A DNA stretch of 32,000 bases from Mycobacterium leprae TN (GTDB lineage: Bacteria > Actinomycetota > Actinomycetes > Mycobacteriales > Mycobacteriaceae): contig NC_002677.1 of the NCBI RefSeq assembly GCF_000195855.1, positions 1,350,001 through 1,382,000 on the forward strand, read 5' to 3'. The first letter of the stretch is position 1. Each line of letters opens with the position of its first letter. The notes below the pieces were generated by a model. That model did not search any database and was not told the origin of the DNA. It saw only the letters and a program-made list of their open reading frames with translations. The position numbers and the translations under genes are program-made. Shown here in pieces: positions 1-9,718 of the stretch.

Positions 1-1263
1 GCGATAGTGCGAGCGGCGGGCCAACACTTTCGTCTTCGGGATGGTCGAGGTGATTCGGGGCCCCGAAGATTGCTAGCGACGCTTCACTCTCGAATTTATT
101 GACCAGTCCATGCTGGCTAGGTCCAGGTAACTTCTTGGACGACGATCGCGAAAAACCTTTTGAGGCAAGGCAACTACATTGGCCGCAGGCCGGCTAGCCA
201 CCCACTGAGTGTAGCCGAATATCGATATGGTGCTCTTCTCCGCCTAGTTTCGGTCGCTCGCGTTCCATGGCGGCGACTTCGCGCCCTAATTATGTCGGCC
301 GAAAAGGTTCCTCACCGGTTCGAATTCACACAATCCATCGACTATACAATTCAACCTATGCTGTAGCTCACCGATTTCGATGCTGTCGAATCCCACCAGA
401 TTACCCTGCAAATCGCTGTGCTTAAATGCTATCGCAGTCAGCCAGACCAGGACATCACATCCGCAGAAAGCTGTAAGGTCAATGTTGCCGTTGACACGGC
501 TCACACGTTCGTCACGCACTGTACCCGGGTCAGACTACGCTGCAATATTGCGAAGATCCGTTAGCAGGGCGATGCCGATGACTGGCACGAATCGATTAGC
601 CACACTGTCATGGGCCGGACATGATTCCCATCCTTAATCGCTGTGGCGGCAGTCCGGTCTTGAGTGCCTGAGCCCCCACTGGGTGCAGCGTTCACTTGGT
701 GAATAGGTAATTGCCTGTGCTGACCAATACGCAGCAAAAGCTTACTGCGAACAGGAAGCTCAGGATGAACAACATGGTGTTCACCAGAGCCATAGAGTAT
801 CGTGAACAGAGCTGAGCCTACCCAGCCACAGGAGGAAGTCGACTATCCCGACTCGCCATGGTATCCGGAACGTGTTCCACGCGTCGTTGCGGATGGGTTT
901 GCGCTCCATTGATCACCCAGTGGGGGCCAGCACGGTGCCTCCTCGGCAACGATAATGTATGCGCCCAATGCCAAGGTAGCCACAGCACACTTATCTTATC
1001 ACGAACGTGACCCACATCGGGGCGTACGTCAACACATGTGATGCCGGTATGATAACCGTTACCAAGAACACGGTAATACCGATCCCGATCAGGTTCACGG
1101 TTACCATCTGGACAGCCAAGATGATCTGGAAGCGTATCCGTCGACGTCCCGGGTTTTCCGACACCCGGACAAACCTCCAGGAGTCATAAGCAGGGATTTC
1201 TTCCAACTGGCCACTCTGATGAGTTACCGTGCGTGAGCACCCGACCCAACCGTTGCGGCCCAT
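1..1263 (-). pseudogene. Membrane-anchored class III adenylate cyclase pseudogene (Rv1318c/1319c/1320c family); 3' end runs off the left edge of the window
   Basis: Minus-strand homologous segments lie in different frames. The TM region 'RRRIRFQIILAVQMVTVNLIGIGITVFLVTVIIP' is in ORF 991..1263. The HAMP-like segment 'DSIEIGELQHRLNCIVDGLCEFEPVRNLFGRH' is in ORF 286..519. After a frame change comes 'REVAAMERERPKLGGEEHH...HGLVNKFESEASLAI', the start of the cyclase catalytic domain (about 1..290), with in-frame stops. No single ORF joins them. Confidence 0.65.
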
Positions 1264-1340
1264 GTTTTTTCGTGGGGTTCTAGTGGGGGTCTAGGGGTAA
1301 ACTTGGTGGTGACAGCCTAATTTGTCGGCCACACTCTAAG

Positions 1341-2021
1341 GTGAGTTGGGTGCGTCTAGTGATTGCCCAGTGCACCGTAGACTACCTTGGCCGGCTCACC
1401 GCTCACCTGCCGTCCGCGCGCAGGTTGTTGCTGTTTAAGGCAGACGGATCGGTCAGTGTGCACGCCGACGACCGCGCCTACAAACCGTTGAACTGGATGA
1501 GTCCGCCATGTTGGTTGACCGAAGACGTCGCTGGCGCCTCGCCGGCCTGGGTGGTCGAGAACAAGGCTGGCGAACAACTGCGGATCACCGTTGAAGAGGT
1601 AGAGCACGATTCCTGTCACGATTTGGGCGTGGACCCCGGGCTGGTCAAAGACGGCGTCGAAGCCCACCTACAAACTTTGCTCGCTGAGCAAGTCCAACTG
1701 CTGGGCGAGGGATATACGTTGGTCCGCTGTGAGTACATGACCGCGATCGGCCCTGTCGACCTGTTATGCCGCGATGAGCAGGGTGGTTCGGTCGCGGTGG
1801 AAATCAAACGGCGTGGCGAAATCGACGGCGTTGAGCAGCTCACCCGCTATCTAGCGTTACTTAATCGGAACAGTGTTCTCGCGCCGGTAAGGGGGGTGTT
1901 CGCCGCTCAACACATCAAGCCGCAGGCGCGCACTTTGGCCACCGACCGTGGCATCCGTTGTGTAACATTGGATTACGACAAGATGCGGGGCATGGACAGC
2001 GATGAGTACCGGTTGTTCTAA
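1341..2021 (+). CDS. nucS: Endonuclease NucS (mismatch-specific RecB-like nuclease)
   Basis: 226-aa ORF with a GTG start. '[50 protein letters not shown]' and the nuclease core '[22 protein letters not shown]' match the NucS family (Rv1321). Confidence 0.93.
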   Translation: MSWVRLVIAQCTVDYLGRLTAHLPSARRLLLFKADGSVSVHADDRAYKPLNWMSPPCWLTEDVAGASPAWVVENKAGEQLRITVEEVEHDSCHDLGVDPGLVKDGVEAHLQTLLAEQVQLLGEGYTLVRCEYMTAIGPVDLLCRDEQGGSVAVEIKRRGEIDGVEQLTRYLALLNRNSVLAPVRGVFAAQHIKPQARTLATDRGIRCVTLDYDKMRGMDSDEYRLF

Positions 2022-2352
2022 AATCTCCCGATTAGACTGACGCCATGGCTAGGCACCGCACATCGCCGCATGGGCAGCAGCCAATATCGCTATTACCGTT
2101 TCTATTCCGGGTGGAAACAGGGCTTGACGGTTGTGAGTGCGAAATGCGTCCGATCGTTGCAGCCCGAGCCGGAAAACCTATCGTTATTCTGGATGTGATC
2201 ACGAAATCCATGTTGATACTGCGCATTTAGTGGCATGGCCGGCTGATTCACGGCAAGCCGGCATCGACGATCGGCGACATTGGTACACCCAGTGTTGGGC
2301 TCACCGCGCTACCCGTGGTCCGATCCGGAATATAGTTTTGAGTGTCTAAGCA

Positions 2353-2820
2353 TCAGGAAGCCGGCTCGACCAACTCGATCAGAACGCCGCCAGCATCTTT
2401 CGGGTGGATGAAGTTGATTCGCGCGTTCGACGTACCCTGCCTGGGTGTATCGTAGACCAGCCGGACTCCCTGTGCGCGGAGTCGTTTGGTAAGGCGGTCG
2501 AGATCGCTGACCCGGCAAGCCAGCTGCTGGATGCCTGGTCCGTGTTTATCCAAGAATTTCGCGATCGGCGATGACTCGTTGATCGGGGCCATCAATTGAA
2601 TCTGGGTTGTGCCGATTGGTGCGCCGTGTGCCGATAGCATGGCCTCACGGATCCCCTGGTCGTCGTTAACTTCCTCGTGGACTAGGATCATGCCCAGGTG
2701 GTCATGATACCAGGAGATGGCCGCATTCAGGTCGGCTACCGCGATGCCGACGTGATCGATCGTTATCACCAGAGTGGTGGCCAGCAGCTGACAAGTGTTG
2801 ATTTGATCGGTCGTCATCAC
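2353..2820 (-). CDS. Methylmalonyl-CoA epimerase-like protein (glyoxalase/VOC fold, Rv1322A-like)
   Basis: 155-aa intact ORF. 'IDHVGIAVADLNAAISWYHDHLGM' and '...GPGIQQLACRVSDLD...INFIHPKDAGGVLIELVE' are typical VOC/epimerase motifs. Confidence 0.85.
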   Translation of the reverse strand: MMTTDQINTCQLLATTLVITIDHVGIAVADLNAAISWYHDHLGMILVHEEVNDDQGIREAMLSAHGAPIGTTQIQLMAPINESSPIAKFLDKHGPGIQQLACRVSDLDRLTKRLRAQGVRLVYDTPRQGTSNARINFIHPKDAGGVLIELVEPAS

Positions 2821-2911
2821 ACAACGGTAGCCTGACGGGAAAGAGCACGTTTCTCCAGCAGGTTCGAATCGGCCTGCAAAGAGGACCCGAGAGCAGGGCT
2901 AGGGGGTAGTC

Positions 2912-4093
2912 ATGACGACATCGGTGATCGTTACTGGAGCACGGACACCCATTGGTAAGTTGATGGGGTCTTTGAAGGACTTTTCGGCTAGCGATTTGGG
3001 CGCGATCACCATTGCCGCTGCGCTGAAGAAAGCCAATGTAGCACCTTCCATTGTGCAGTACGTGATTATAGGCCAGGTGTTGACCGCGGGGGCCGGTCAG
3101 ATGCCGGCGCGGCAGGCGGCAGTAGCGGCCGGCATCGGTTGGGATGTGCCGGCGCTGACGATTAACAAGATGTGTCTGTCTGGTCTTGACGCCATCGCAC
3201 TCGCTGACCAGCTCATTCGCGCCGGAGAATTCGATGTGGTGGTGGCTGGCGGCCAAGAGTCCATGACGAAGGCACCACATCTGCTGATGGATAGCCGGTC
3301 GGGTTACAAGTACGGTGACGTTACCATTGTGGACCATTTAGCCTATGACGGCCTGCACGATGTGTTCACCAATCAGCCGATGGGCGCGCTTACCGAACAG
3401 CGCAATGATGTCGAAAAATTCACGCGCCAAGAACAGGACGAGTTTGCTGCCCGGTCGCACCAAAAGGCGGCAGCGGCATGGAAGGACGGCGTCTTCGCCG
3501 ACGAAGTGGTGCCGGTGAGTATTCCGCAGAGCAAAGGTGATTCGCTGCAGTTCACTGAGGATGAGGGGATTCGCGCCAACACCAGTGCCGAGTCTTTGGC
3601 CGGTCTGAAGCCGGCGTTTCGCTGCGGCGGCACTATTACTCCAGGCTCTGCGTCGCAGATCTCCGATGGTGCAGCCACTGTCGTGGTGATGAACAAGGAA
3701 AAGGCGCAGCAGCTGGGGTTGACTTGGCTGGTCGAGATCGGTGCCCACGGCGTTGTAGCCGGCCCAGATTCTACGTTGCAATCCCAGCCGGCCAACGCAA
3801 TCAAGAAGGCGGTTGACCGTGAAGGTATCTCCGTCGAGCAGCTCGATGTCGTAGAGATTAACGAGGCGTTCGCGGCGGTGGCGCTGGCCTCAGCCCGTGA
3901 ACTTGGTATCGCCCCCGAGCTTGTCAACGTCAACGGCGGAGCGATCGCTGTCGGTCACCCCCTCGGGATGTCGGGAGCCAGAATAACGTTGCATGTCGCG
4001 CTAGAATTGGCGCGTCGCGGTTCGGGTTATGGTGTTGCGGCTCTGTGCGGTGCCGGTGGCCAGGGTGATGCGCTGATTCTGCGGGCCGTTTAG
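2912..4093 (+). CDS. fadA4: Acetyl-CoA acetyltransferase (thiolase II)
   Basis: 393-aa ORF with a G-rich RBS ('agggggtagtc') before the ATG. It has the active-site Cys region '[11 protein letters not shown]', '[20 protein letters not shown]' and the C-terminal '[14 protein letters not shown]'. Confidence 0.93.
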   Translation: MTTSVIVTGARTPIGKLMGSLKDFSASDLGAITIAAALKKANVAPSIVQYVIIGQVLTAGAGQMPARQAAVAAGIGWDVPALTINKMCLSGLDAIALADQLIRAGEFDVVVAGGQESMTKAPHLLMDSRSGYKYGDVTIVDHLAYDGLHDVFTNQPMGALTEQRNDVEKFTRQEQDEFAARSHQKAAAAWKDGVFADEVVPVSIPQSKGDSLQFTEDEGIRANTSAESLAGLKPAFRCGGTITPGSASQISDGAATVVVMNKEKAQQLGLTWLVEIGAHGVVAGPDSTLQSQPANAIKKAVDREGISVEQLDVVEINEAFAAVALASARELGIAPELVNVNGGAIAVGHPLGMSGARITLHVALELARRGSGYGVAALCGAGGQGDALILRAV

Positions 4094-4246
4094 TTCTGAC
4101 CTGCGACGCGTCCGGGGTAATATGATTTACGTCACAAAAATGGTTTGCGGCGCCCGAATTCAATTTTCGAACCGGTTTTGCGACTACGTAAGCATGGGCG
4201 CCAGTGAGTGTATCGGTACCCGATGCGACGTGACAGACTTGACAAC

Positions 4247-5185
4247 GTGACGTCTCCGCGATCCCCCATCAGGCCTGCCATGGCCGGTGCGGTCGACCTT
4301 TCCGGTCTGAAGCAGCGAGCTCGGCAGAAAGCTTCAACAAGTGACCCCGCCAGTCGAGCAACATTGGGAGCGCGTGGCACCGGTAGCTCCGAAAACACCT
4401 CGGTCATTGAGATCACCGAGGCCAATTTCGAAGATGAAGTACTGGTCCGGTCCCACGAAGTACCGATCCTGGTGCTGGTATGGTCACCGCGCAGTGATGC
4501 GTGTGTAAAGCTGCTTGAAACACTATCCGGCTTGGCGGTCGCCGACAGCGGCACCTGGTTGTTGGCGACGGTCAACGTCGACGCGGTGCCCAGGGTGGCG
4601 CAGATCTTTGGTGTTGATGCGGTTCCGACCGTGGTCGCGCTGGCTGCTGGGCAGCCGTTGTCCAGCTTTCAGGGCATGCAGTCCGTCGATCAGTTACGCC
4701 GCTGGCTGGATTCGTTGCTATCGGTGACAGCCGGTAAACTGAGAGGCCCAACTCGTTCTGAGGATTCTGCAGAAATTGATCCTGCGATTGCCCAAGCTCG
4801 CCAGCAATTGGAAGCCGGTGACTTCCTCACTGCGAAGCAGTCATATCACGCGATTTTGGATGCCGATCCGGCCAGTGTCGAAGCTAAGGCCGCGATCCGG
4901 CAGATCGACTTCCTTACGCGCGCAACTGCGCAACATCCCGACGCGGTTGCGGTAGCCGATGCTGCGCCGGGTGACATTGCGGCGGCGTTCGCGGCTGCTG
5001 ACGTGCAAATCCTCAACCAAGATGTGACCGCGGCGTTCGAGCGCCTGATTGTTTTGGTGCGCAGCACATCTGGAGATGAGCGCAGTTCGGTACGTACTCG
5101 GCTGATCGAGCTGTTTGAACTCTTCGATCCCGACGATCCCAATGTCATCGTCGGTCGACGCAACCTTGCCAACGCATTGTACTGA
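4247..5185 (+). CDS. Thioredoxin-fold plus TPR-like protein (YbbN/CnoX-like, Rv1324-like)
   Basis: The open frame runs 4208..5185. I place the start at GTG 4247 ('VTSPRSPIRPAMAGAVDLSGLKQRA') by similarity to the recalled Rv1324 N-terminus; 4208 is the alternative. The thioredoxin-fold segment is 'ITEANFEDEVLVRSHEVPILVLVWSPRSDAC...VPTVVALAAGQP'. The C-terminal half is helical and Ala-rich. Confidence 0.85.
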   Translation: MTSPRSPIRPAMAGAVDLSGLKQRARQKASTSDPASRATLGARGTGSSENTSVIEITEANFEDEVLVRSHEVPILVLVWSPRSDACVKLLETLSGLAVADSGTWLLATVNVDAVPRVAQIFGVDAVPTVVALAAGQPLSSFQGMQSVDQLRRWLDSLLSVTAGKLRGPTRSEDSAEIDPAIAQARQQLEAGDFLTAKQSYHAILDADPASVEAKAAIRQIDFLTRATAQHPDAVAVADAAPGDIAAAFAAADVQILNQDVTAAFERLIVLVRSTSGDERSSVRTRLIELFELFDPDDPNVIVGRRNLANALY

Positions 5186-5234
5186 GTCCTTCTTGGCTCT
5201 TGCGCTACTAGGGTTTTGCGTTATTGAATTCTAA

Positions 5235-7418
5235 CTACGATGCCGACATCAGCGGCAGCACCAACACCGCCGATTCCGGGCAGCCTTGCCACGGGTCATT
5301 GGTGGCGTTGACGCCACCAATATTGCCGACCTCGGAGCCGTTGTAGGCGATAGTATCGGTGTTCAACACTTCGCGCCAGCGTCCGGCCGACGGCAGGACG
5401 AGTCGGTAGCCTTTGTGTTTTGAGCCAGGGAAATTGGACACACAGGCCAGTACCGAGCTGTCGTGGGCATATCGCAGGAAACTCAGTAAGTTGTTGACGG
5501 ACTCGTTGGCGTCGATCCAGGAATAACCCTTGGTGAGGGTGTCTTGAATCCACACACAGCCCCGGGTGGCTGAGGTAGAGGTCGTTGAGGTCGTCCACGA
5601 GGAGCAAGACTCCCTTTGGAGAAACCGTTTTTGTCGAATGGGAACCAATCTAGACCGCGCTGCTCCGGACTATTCGGCGTGCTGGCCGAATTCTTGGCCC
5701 ATGAACAACAGTTGCTTGCCTGGGTGTGCCCACTGGTAGGCGAGTAGGTTGTGTAGTCCGGAGGCCTTGGTGTGGTTGTTGCCCGACGTCCGTCTCCGCA
5801 GCGCACCCTTGCTGTGTACCATCTCGTCGTGGCTGAGCGGCAGCAAGTAATTCTCGCTGAATGCGTACAGCATGGAGAACGTTATTTCGTTGTGTTGGTA
5901 GCTGCGATGCACTGGGTAGCGGCTGATGTAGTCGAGTGTGTCGTGTATCCAACCCCATGTTCTACTTCATCGAAAAGCCCAGTACGACAATGTTGATAAG
6001 TCGCTTCACGCCGAGTCACGGAGTCGACTCCATCGGCGATGGTGACAATGCCTGGCGCGGATTTGTGTGCTGTGGTGCTCATCTCCTGCAGAAACTGTAC
6101 CGCTTCCAAATTCTCCTGCCCGCTGTGGATATTCGGGGTCCAGTTGCCCTCGGGACGTGAGTAGTCCGGGTACAACATTGACGCGACCGCATCCACCCGC
6201 AATCCTTCGATGTGAAGCTCTTTGAGCCAGTACAGTGCATTGGCCATCAAGAAGTTGCGCATATAAAATATGTAAGTGTCCCAGTCTAGTTGCTCATCGC
6301 GCATAGGATCGTCCTGTTCATAGAAGGGTGTCCTATCAAACCGCCCCAGATCCTATGCGTCCTTTGGAAAGTTTTCCGGCACCTAATCCACGCTGACACC
6401 GATGCCGGATTGATGCAGCTCGTCGATAAGCGTACGGAACGCGTCGGGAGTGCCAAATTGTGATGTCGGCGCGTAGTACGACGTGACTTGGTATTTTCAC
6501 GTTCCAGTGAACGGATTTTCCGCAACCGGAGGCATCTCAACGTGGGTAAATCTTTGCGCCACAACATAGTCTGGAAGCTTGCGGGCGATCTGACGGTAAC
6601 TGAGTCCGGGACGCCACGAGCCGAGATGGACTTCGTAGGTGCCTATAGGATCAAACACCGGGTTGCGCTGAGTACGGTGTGCCATCCATTCGTCTTCACT
6701 CCAAGTGAAGTTATTCTACGTGATCTGTGATGCCGTCTGCGGCGGTGCTTCGGTACCGAAGGCGAACGGGTCGGCCCTATCCAGTGATGACACTGTCGGC
6801 GCAGTTCACCCGGAATCTGTACAGACCATCGGCGGGGAAGCCGGTCCAGAATAATTCCCATACTTCCGACGGGCCCAGCGCTCGCATCGGGGCACCGTTG
6901 TCATTCCAGCTGTTGAATTCGCCGATCAAGCTGATGCCTTTAGCGTTAGGTGTCCACATGGAGAACGACACCCCGTCCACCGCGCTGTCGGCCGTGGTGA
7001 ACGAGCGTCGATGGACACCAAGAACTTCCCAGAGCAGCTCGTGTCGGCCCTCGGCAAACAGATGAAGACCAACTTCGCTCAGGGGGAAAAAGCGGTAAGC
7101 ATCGGCGACAGTGTGCACATTCGGTGTCTGTTCGGGACCCGTATAGCTCACCCGCAGGCGATAGTCGATGAGGTCGACGAACGGTATCGCCACAGAGAAC
7201 AAGCCGTATTCGAGGTTTTGCAACGGGAACCGGTTGTGACCCACCACCGCTACGACGTCAACTGCGTGCGGTCGAAACGCTCGGATGACAGTGTGGTCAC
7301 CGTATTAGTGAGCGCCCAAGGTGCTGTGCGGATTGTGGTGTGCGCCGGACAGCAGGCGTGTCACGTCGGCTGGCTCGGTTGCCAAGTGGCTCCCGGAGAG
7401 TTGGTCGGTTCGGCTCAT
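5235..7418 (-). pseudogene. glgB: 1,4-alpha-glucan branching enzyme pseudogene
   Basis: The N-terminus 'MSRTDQLSGSHLATEPADVTRLLSGAHHNPHSTLGAH*' has an in-frame TAA at 7305..7307 (codon 38). The rest is split over at least 5 frame-shifted ORFs: 6777..7247 ('[13 protein letters not shown]...LIGEFNSWN'), 5882..6304, 5670..5912, and 5235..5648 ('[18 protein letters not shown]...RWREVLNTD'). Total span is about that of a 730-aa GlgB. Confidence 0.9.
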
Positions 7419-7440
7419 GCATTTGTTCCCTCGGATCTTT

Positions 7441-9558
7441 TCACCTCTTGCTTAGCAGCGTGATTCCTTATTCGTACTTTAGGAGTGGCATATTAATGAT
7501 GTGAGCGACTGCTTGACTTGGAGATCGATAAGAATATAATTCATCTTCTTCCACTGGTATTGCTGGCCATTTATCTCATCGAGCACCCAAAACCTTTCGT
7601 AGGGATCCATACTCAACTTAGCCATATCTAACCTAGCCATGTCTAACCACAGCGTAGCTTACTCGGGACCAAGTGCTTTGAGTGTCACCACCCACCAACA
7701 CGCAGTCTCCGGTAGCCGTATAGAATTTGCCGTATGCCAGCAATGCTTCGTTGTCCACATGATGGAAATGAATGGTGAGCAATTGCTGTAGTGTGGGATG
7801 GATTTTGCGAATTTTTTATCTACTTAATGAAATTCTCCAGCGATTTTCCTTCGACAAGCTCGCTAGCATAGTTGAGAGAGCGCAATTCTTATTTCTCTGA
7901 ATCCAGCTATTCTTCGTTACCCTCCCGCACCGGGCGCTGCTCGAACAACTCGTAACCGGAGTACACACCTCAAGTCGGACTCATGGTCACCGCCAGCACT
8001 ACGCGGATCGTGAACATGACTGGGCCATTATGGTGGAGCACTGCATGCAGGATGTCGCGGGTGTTGACGAACAGGTTCGGCCTGAGGTAGTCGGTGATTT
8101 CGTTGCCGAATTCGATGATTTCCCACTTGGCCGTACTCCAGGTGAAGTAGGTATAAGACTGCGTGAAGCCGAGCTTGGCCAGCCTGTATTGGCGTGCCGG
8201 AGACGTAAAAGCTTCGGATAAGAAGAGCACGTCGGGGTTGGTGATTGTGACCTTACAGATCAGCCAGGATCAGAAGTCGCGTGACTTGGTATGCGGATTG
8301 TTGACTCGAAACAGCTTGACGCCGTGATTGATCCACTATAACACTACACGAACCACTTCGTCATAGAGGCCGACAAGATCGTTCTCGAGGTTTAAGGGAG
8401 TAGATGTCCTGGTATTTCTTCGGATGATTTTCCGCATAAGCTATTGTGCTATAAGGTAATTCGGTGAAACAATAACGATGTTGGCGTATCTATGGATGAT
8501 CTGACGAACATTGTAGCGCCAGATCCAGGGGCCATTTCCATTCCTAGTTTACTTGCCGCGGAAACAAAGTCGTCGATAGTTTCCAGGCTTGGATGAATCA
8601 CATCACATGGCCATCCTCATCGCTACCCATCGCCCATGGAGATCCGACATCTGTCGGTGCGGCGGTGGAGTAATTGTTGCGACCCTTGCGATGTATCTTG
8701 TCGAGCGGATGGATCGGCAGCAGGTACACCACGTTGAATCCCATGTCGGCTATACGCGAAGTACCGCGGCTGGGGTGGCGAAGGTGCCGTGTACCGGGTT
8801 ACCGTCGGCGTCCCAGCAGCCGGTCGGGCGCGGAAACATTTCGTACCAGGAGCCAAAACGGGCCAACGGTCGATCCACCCAGACTCTGAACTGCTCGCCC
8901 CGGGTAACCAGATCTTGCAGCGGATAATTCGTCAAAAGTTCATCGATTTCGGGCGCCAGTGCCAGCGTGGTGCGGGTCACCGGATCTCTGGGGGCGTAAC
9001 CTCGTCGAGGCCGTCAGCAGCAGGCCACGCAGCGCGCGATACACCGGTTGCGGCATGCTCGAACAGCGCTGCTCCGGCCAAAAGATCGTTGGACAATTCT
9101 GTCTTCACCCTGGTCGGCATGCAACTTGACAATCAGCGCATGCCGCCAGGTGTGCATCGGATCGCCCCAGCTGCGTTGACTCGGAAGTTTCACAATCCGA
9201 CGCGGTCGGGGGGTGAACTGACCGTGAAAAACGTAGGGTTCTTGACACATCGTCATGTGAATCAGCAGCAACTCGACTCGTCGGACCTGGGTGTGGCTGC
9301 AGGACGTGCTTTGAGGTCCTGGACCACCTTGATTCGGTGAGTTTTCGTCGCGAGCAGACAGCGAACCCGAGGTTGCGGACAACCAGTGTGGGGCGGGACG
9401 GCTTCGTGGCCTTCTCTCCATACCGTGGCGCTGACCGGGACCATTTCGCCGACTACGGCTTTAGCAGGGTACATGCCGCAGGAGATGATCGGTGCGACGT
9501 TATGGATCTTGACCTGACCGGGCCACCACCACTCCTTCTGCTTCGCGGCTTGCCACAC
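7441..9558 (-). pseudogene. glgE: Maltosyltransferase GlgE pseudogene (alpha-1,4-glucan:maltose-1-phosphate maltosyltransferase)
   Basis: Colinear GlgE segments sit in different frames: 9262..9558 ('[46 protein letters not shown]'), 9014..9421 ('QEPYVFHGQFTP...WGDPMHTWRH'), 8750..8980 ('[27 protein letters not shown]') and 7970..8230 ('[30 protein letters not shown]'). The C-terminus '[18 protein letters not shown]' contains an internal stop. There are many stops between 7441 and 7960. Confidence 0.88.
7619..7648. repeat. 15-bp tandem duplication inside the glgE pseudogene
   Basis: 'tagccatatctaacc' (7619..7633) is followed by 'tagccatgtctaacc' (7634..7648), with 1 mismatch. On the minus strand it reads '[11 protein letters not shown]', i.e. 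a 5-codon duplication. Confidence 0.85.
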
Positions 9559-9718
9559 ACGAGGGTGACCCAGTGTACTTCGTGGCGGAATGCCCCCATT
9601 AGCTACCCGATATTCATCCTAGTTGCTAGTCACGCTCCTGCGGATGAACGGTTGCTAAGTAGCCATGCGTGCACCGGAATCCCTAAGTAATAAATCCTAA
9701 GTAAGGTGGTGGTGGAGT

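Noticed and set aside
692-793. Small hydrophobic minus-strand ORF 'MALVNTMLFILSFLFAVSFCCVLVSTGNYLFTK' (33 aa), which could be a small membrane peptide.
   Set aside because: It falls within the transmembrane portion of the decayed adenylate cyclase, between the N-terminal TM segment and the HAMP-like segment. It is most simply a surviving TM-helix fragment of that pseudogene.
2022-2352. A possible small gene or pseudogene (Rv1322-like by position) between nucS and the epimerase; ORFs 2045..2230 and 2137..2349.
   Set aside because: I do not recognise either translation and cannot recall the Rv1322 sequence well enough. Position alone is not sufficient to call it.
2702-3933. Long minus-strand ORFs (2702..3337, 3338..3781, 3373..3933) antisense to fadA4. 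Similar long antisense or overlapping ORFs occur elsewhere, e.g. 16253..16774, 19391..20086, 20578..21186, 21658..22077 and 22923..23531.
   Set aside because: They lie opposite or overlap strongly supported genes. They have Arg/Pro/Ser-rich low-complexity translations typical of stop-poor alternative frames in high-GC DNA, and they show no family motifs.
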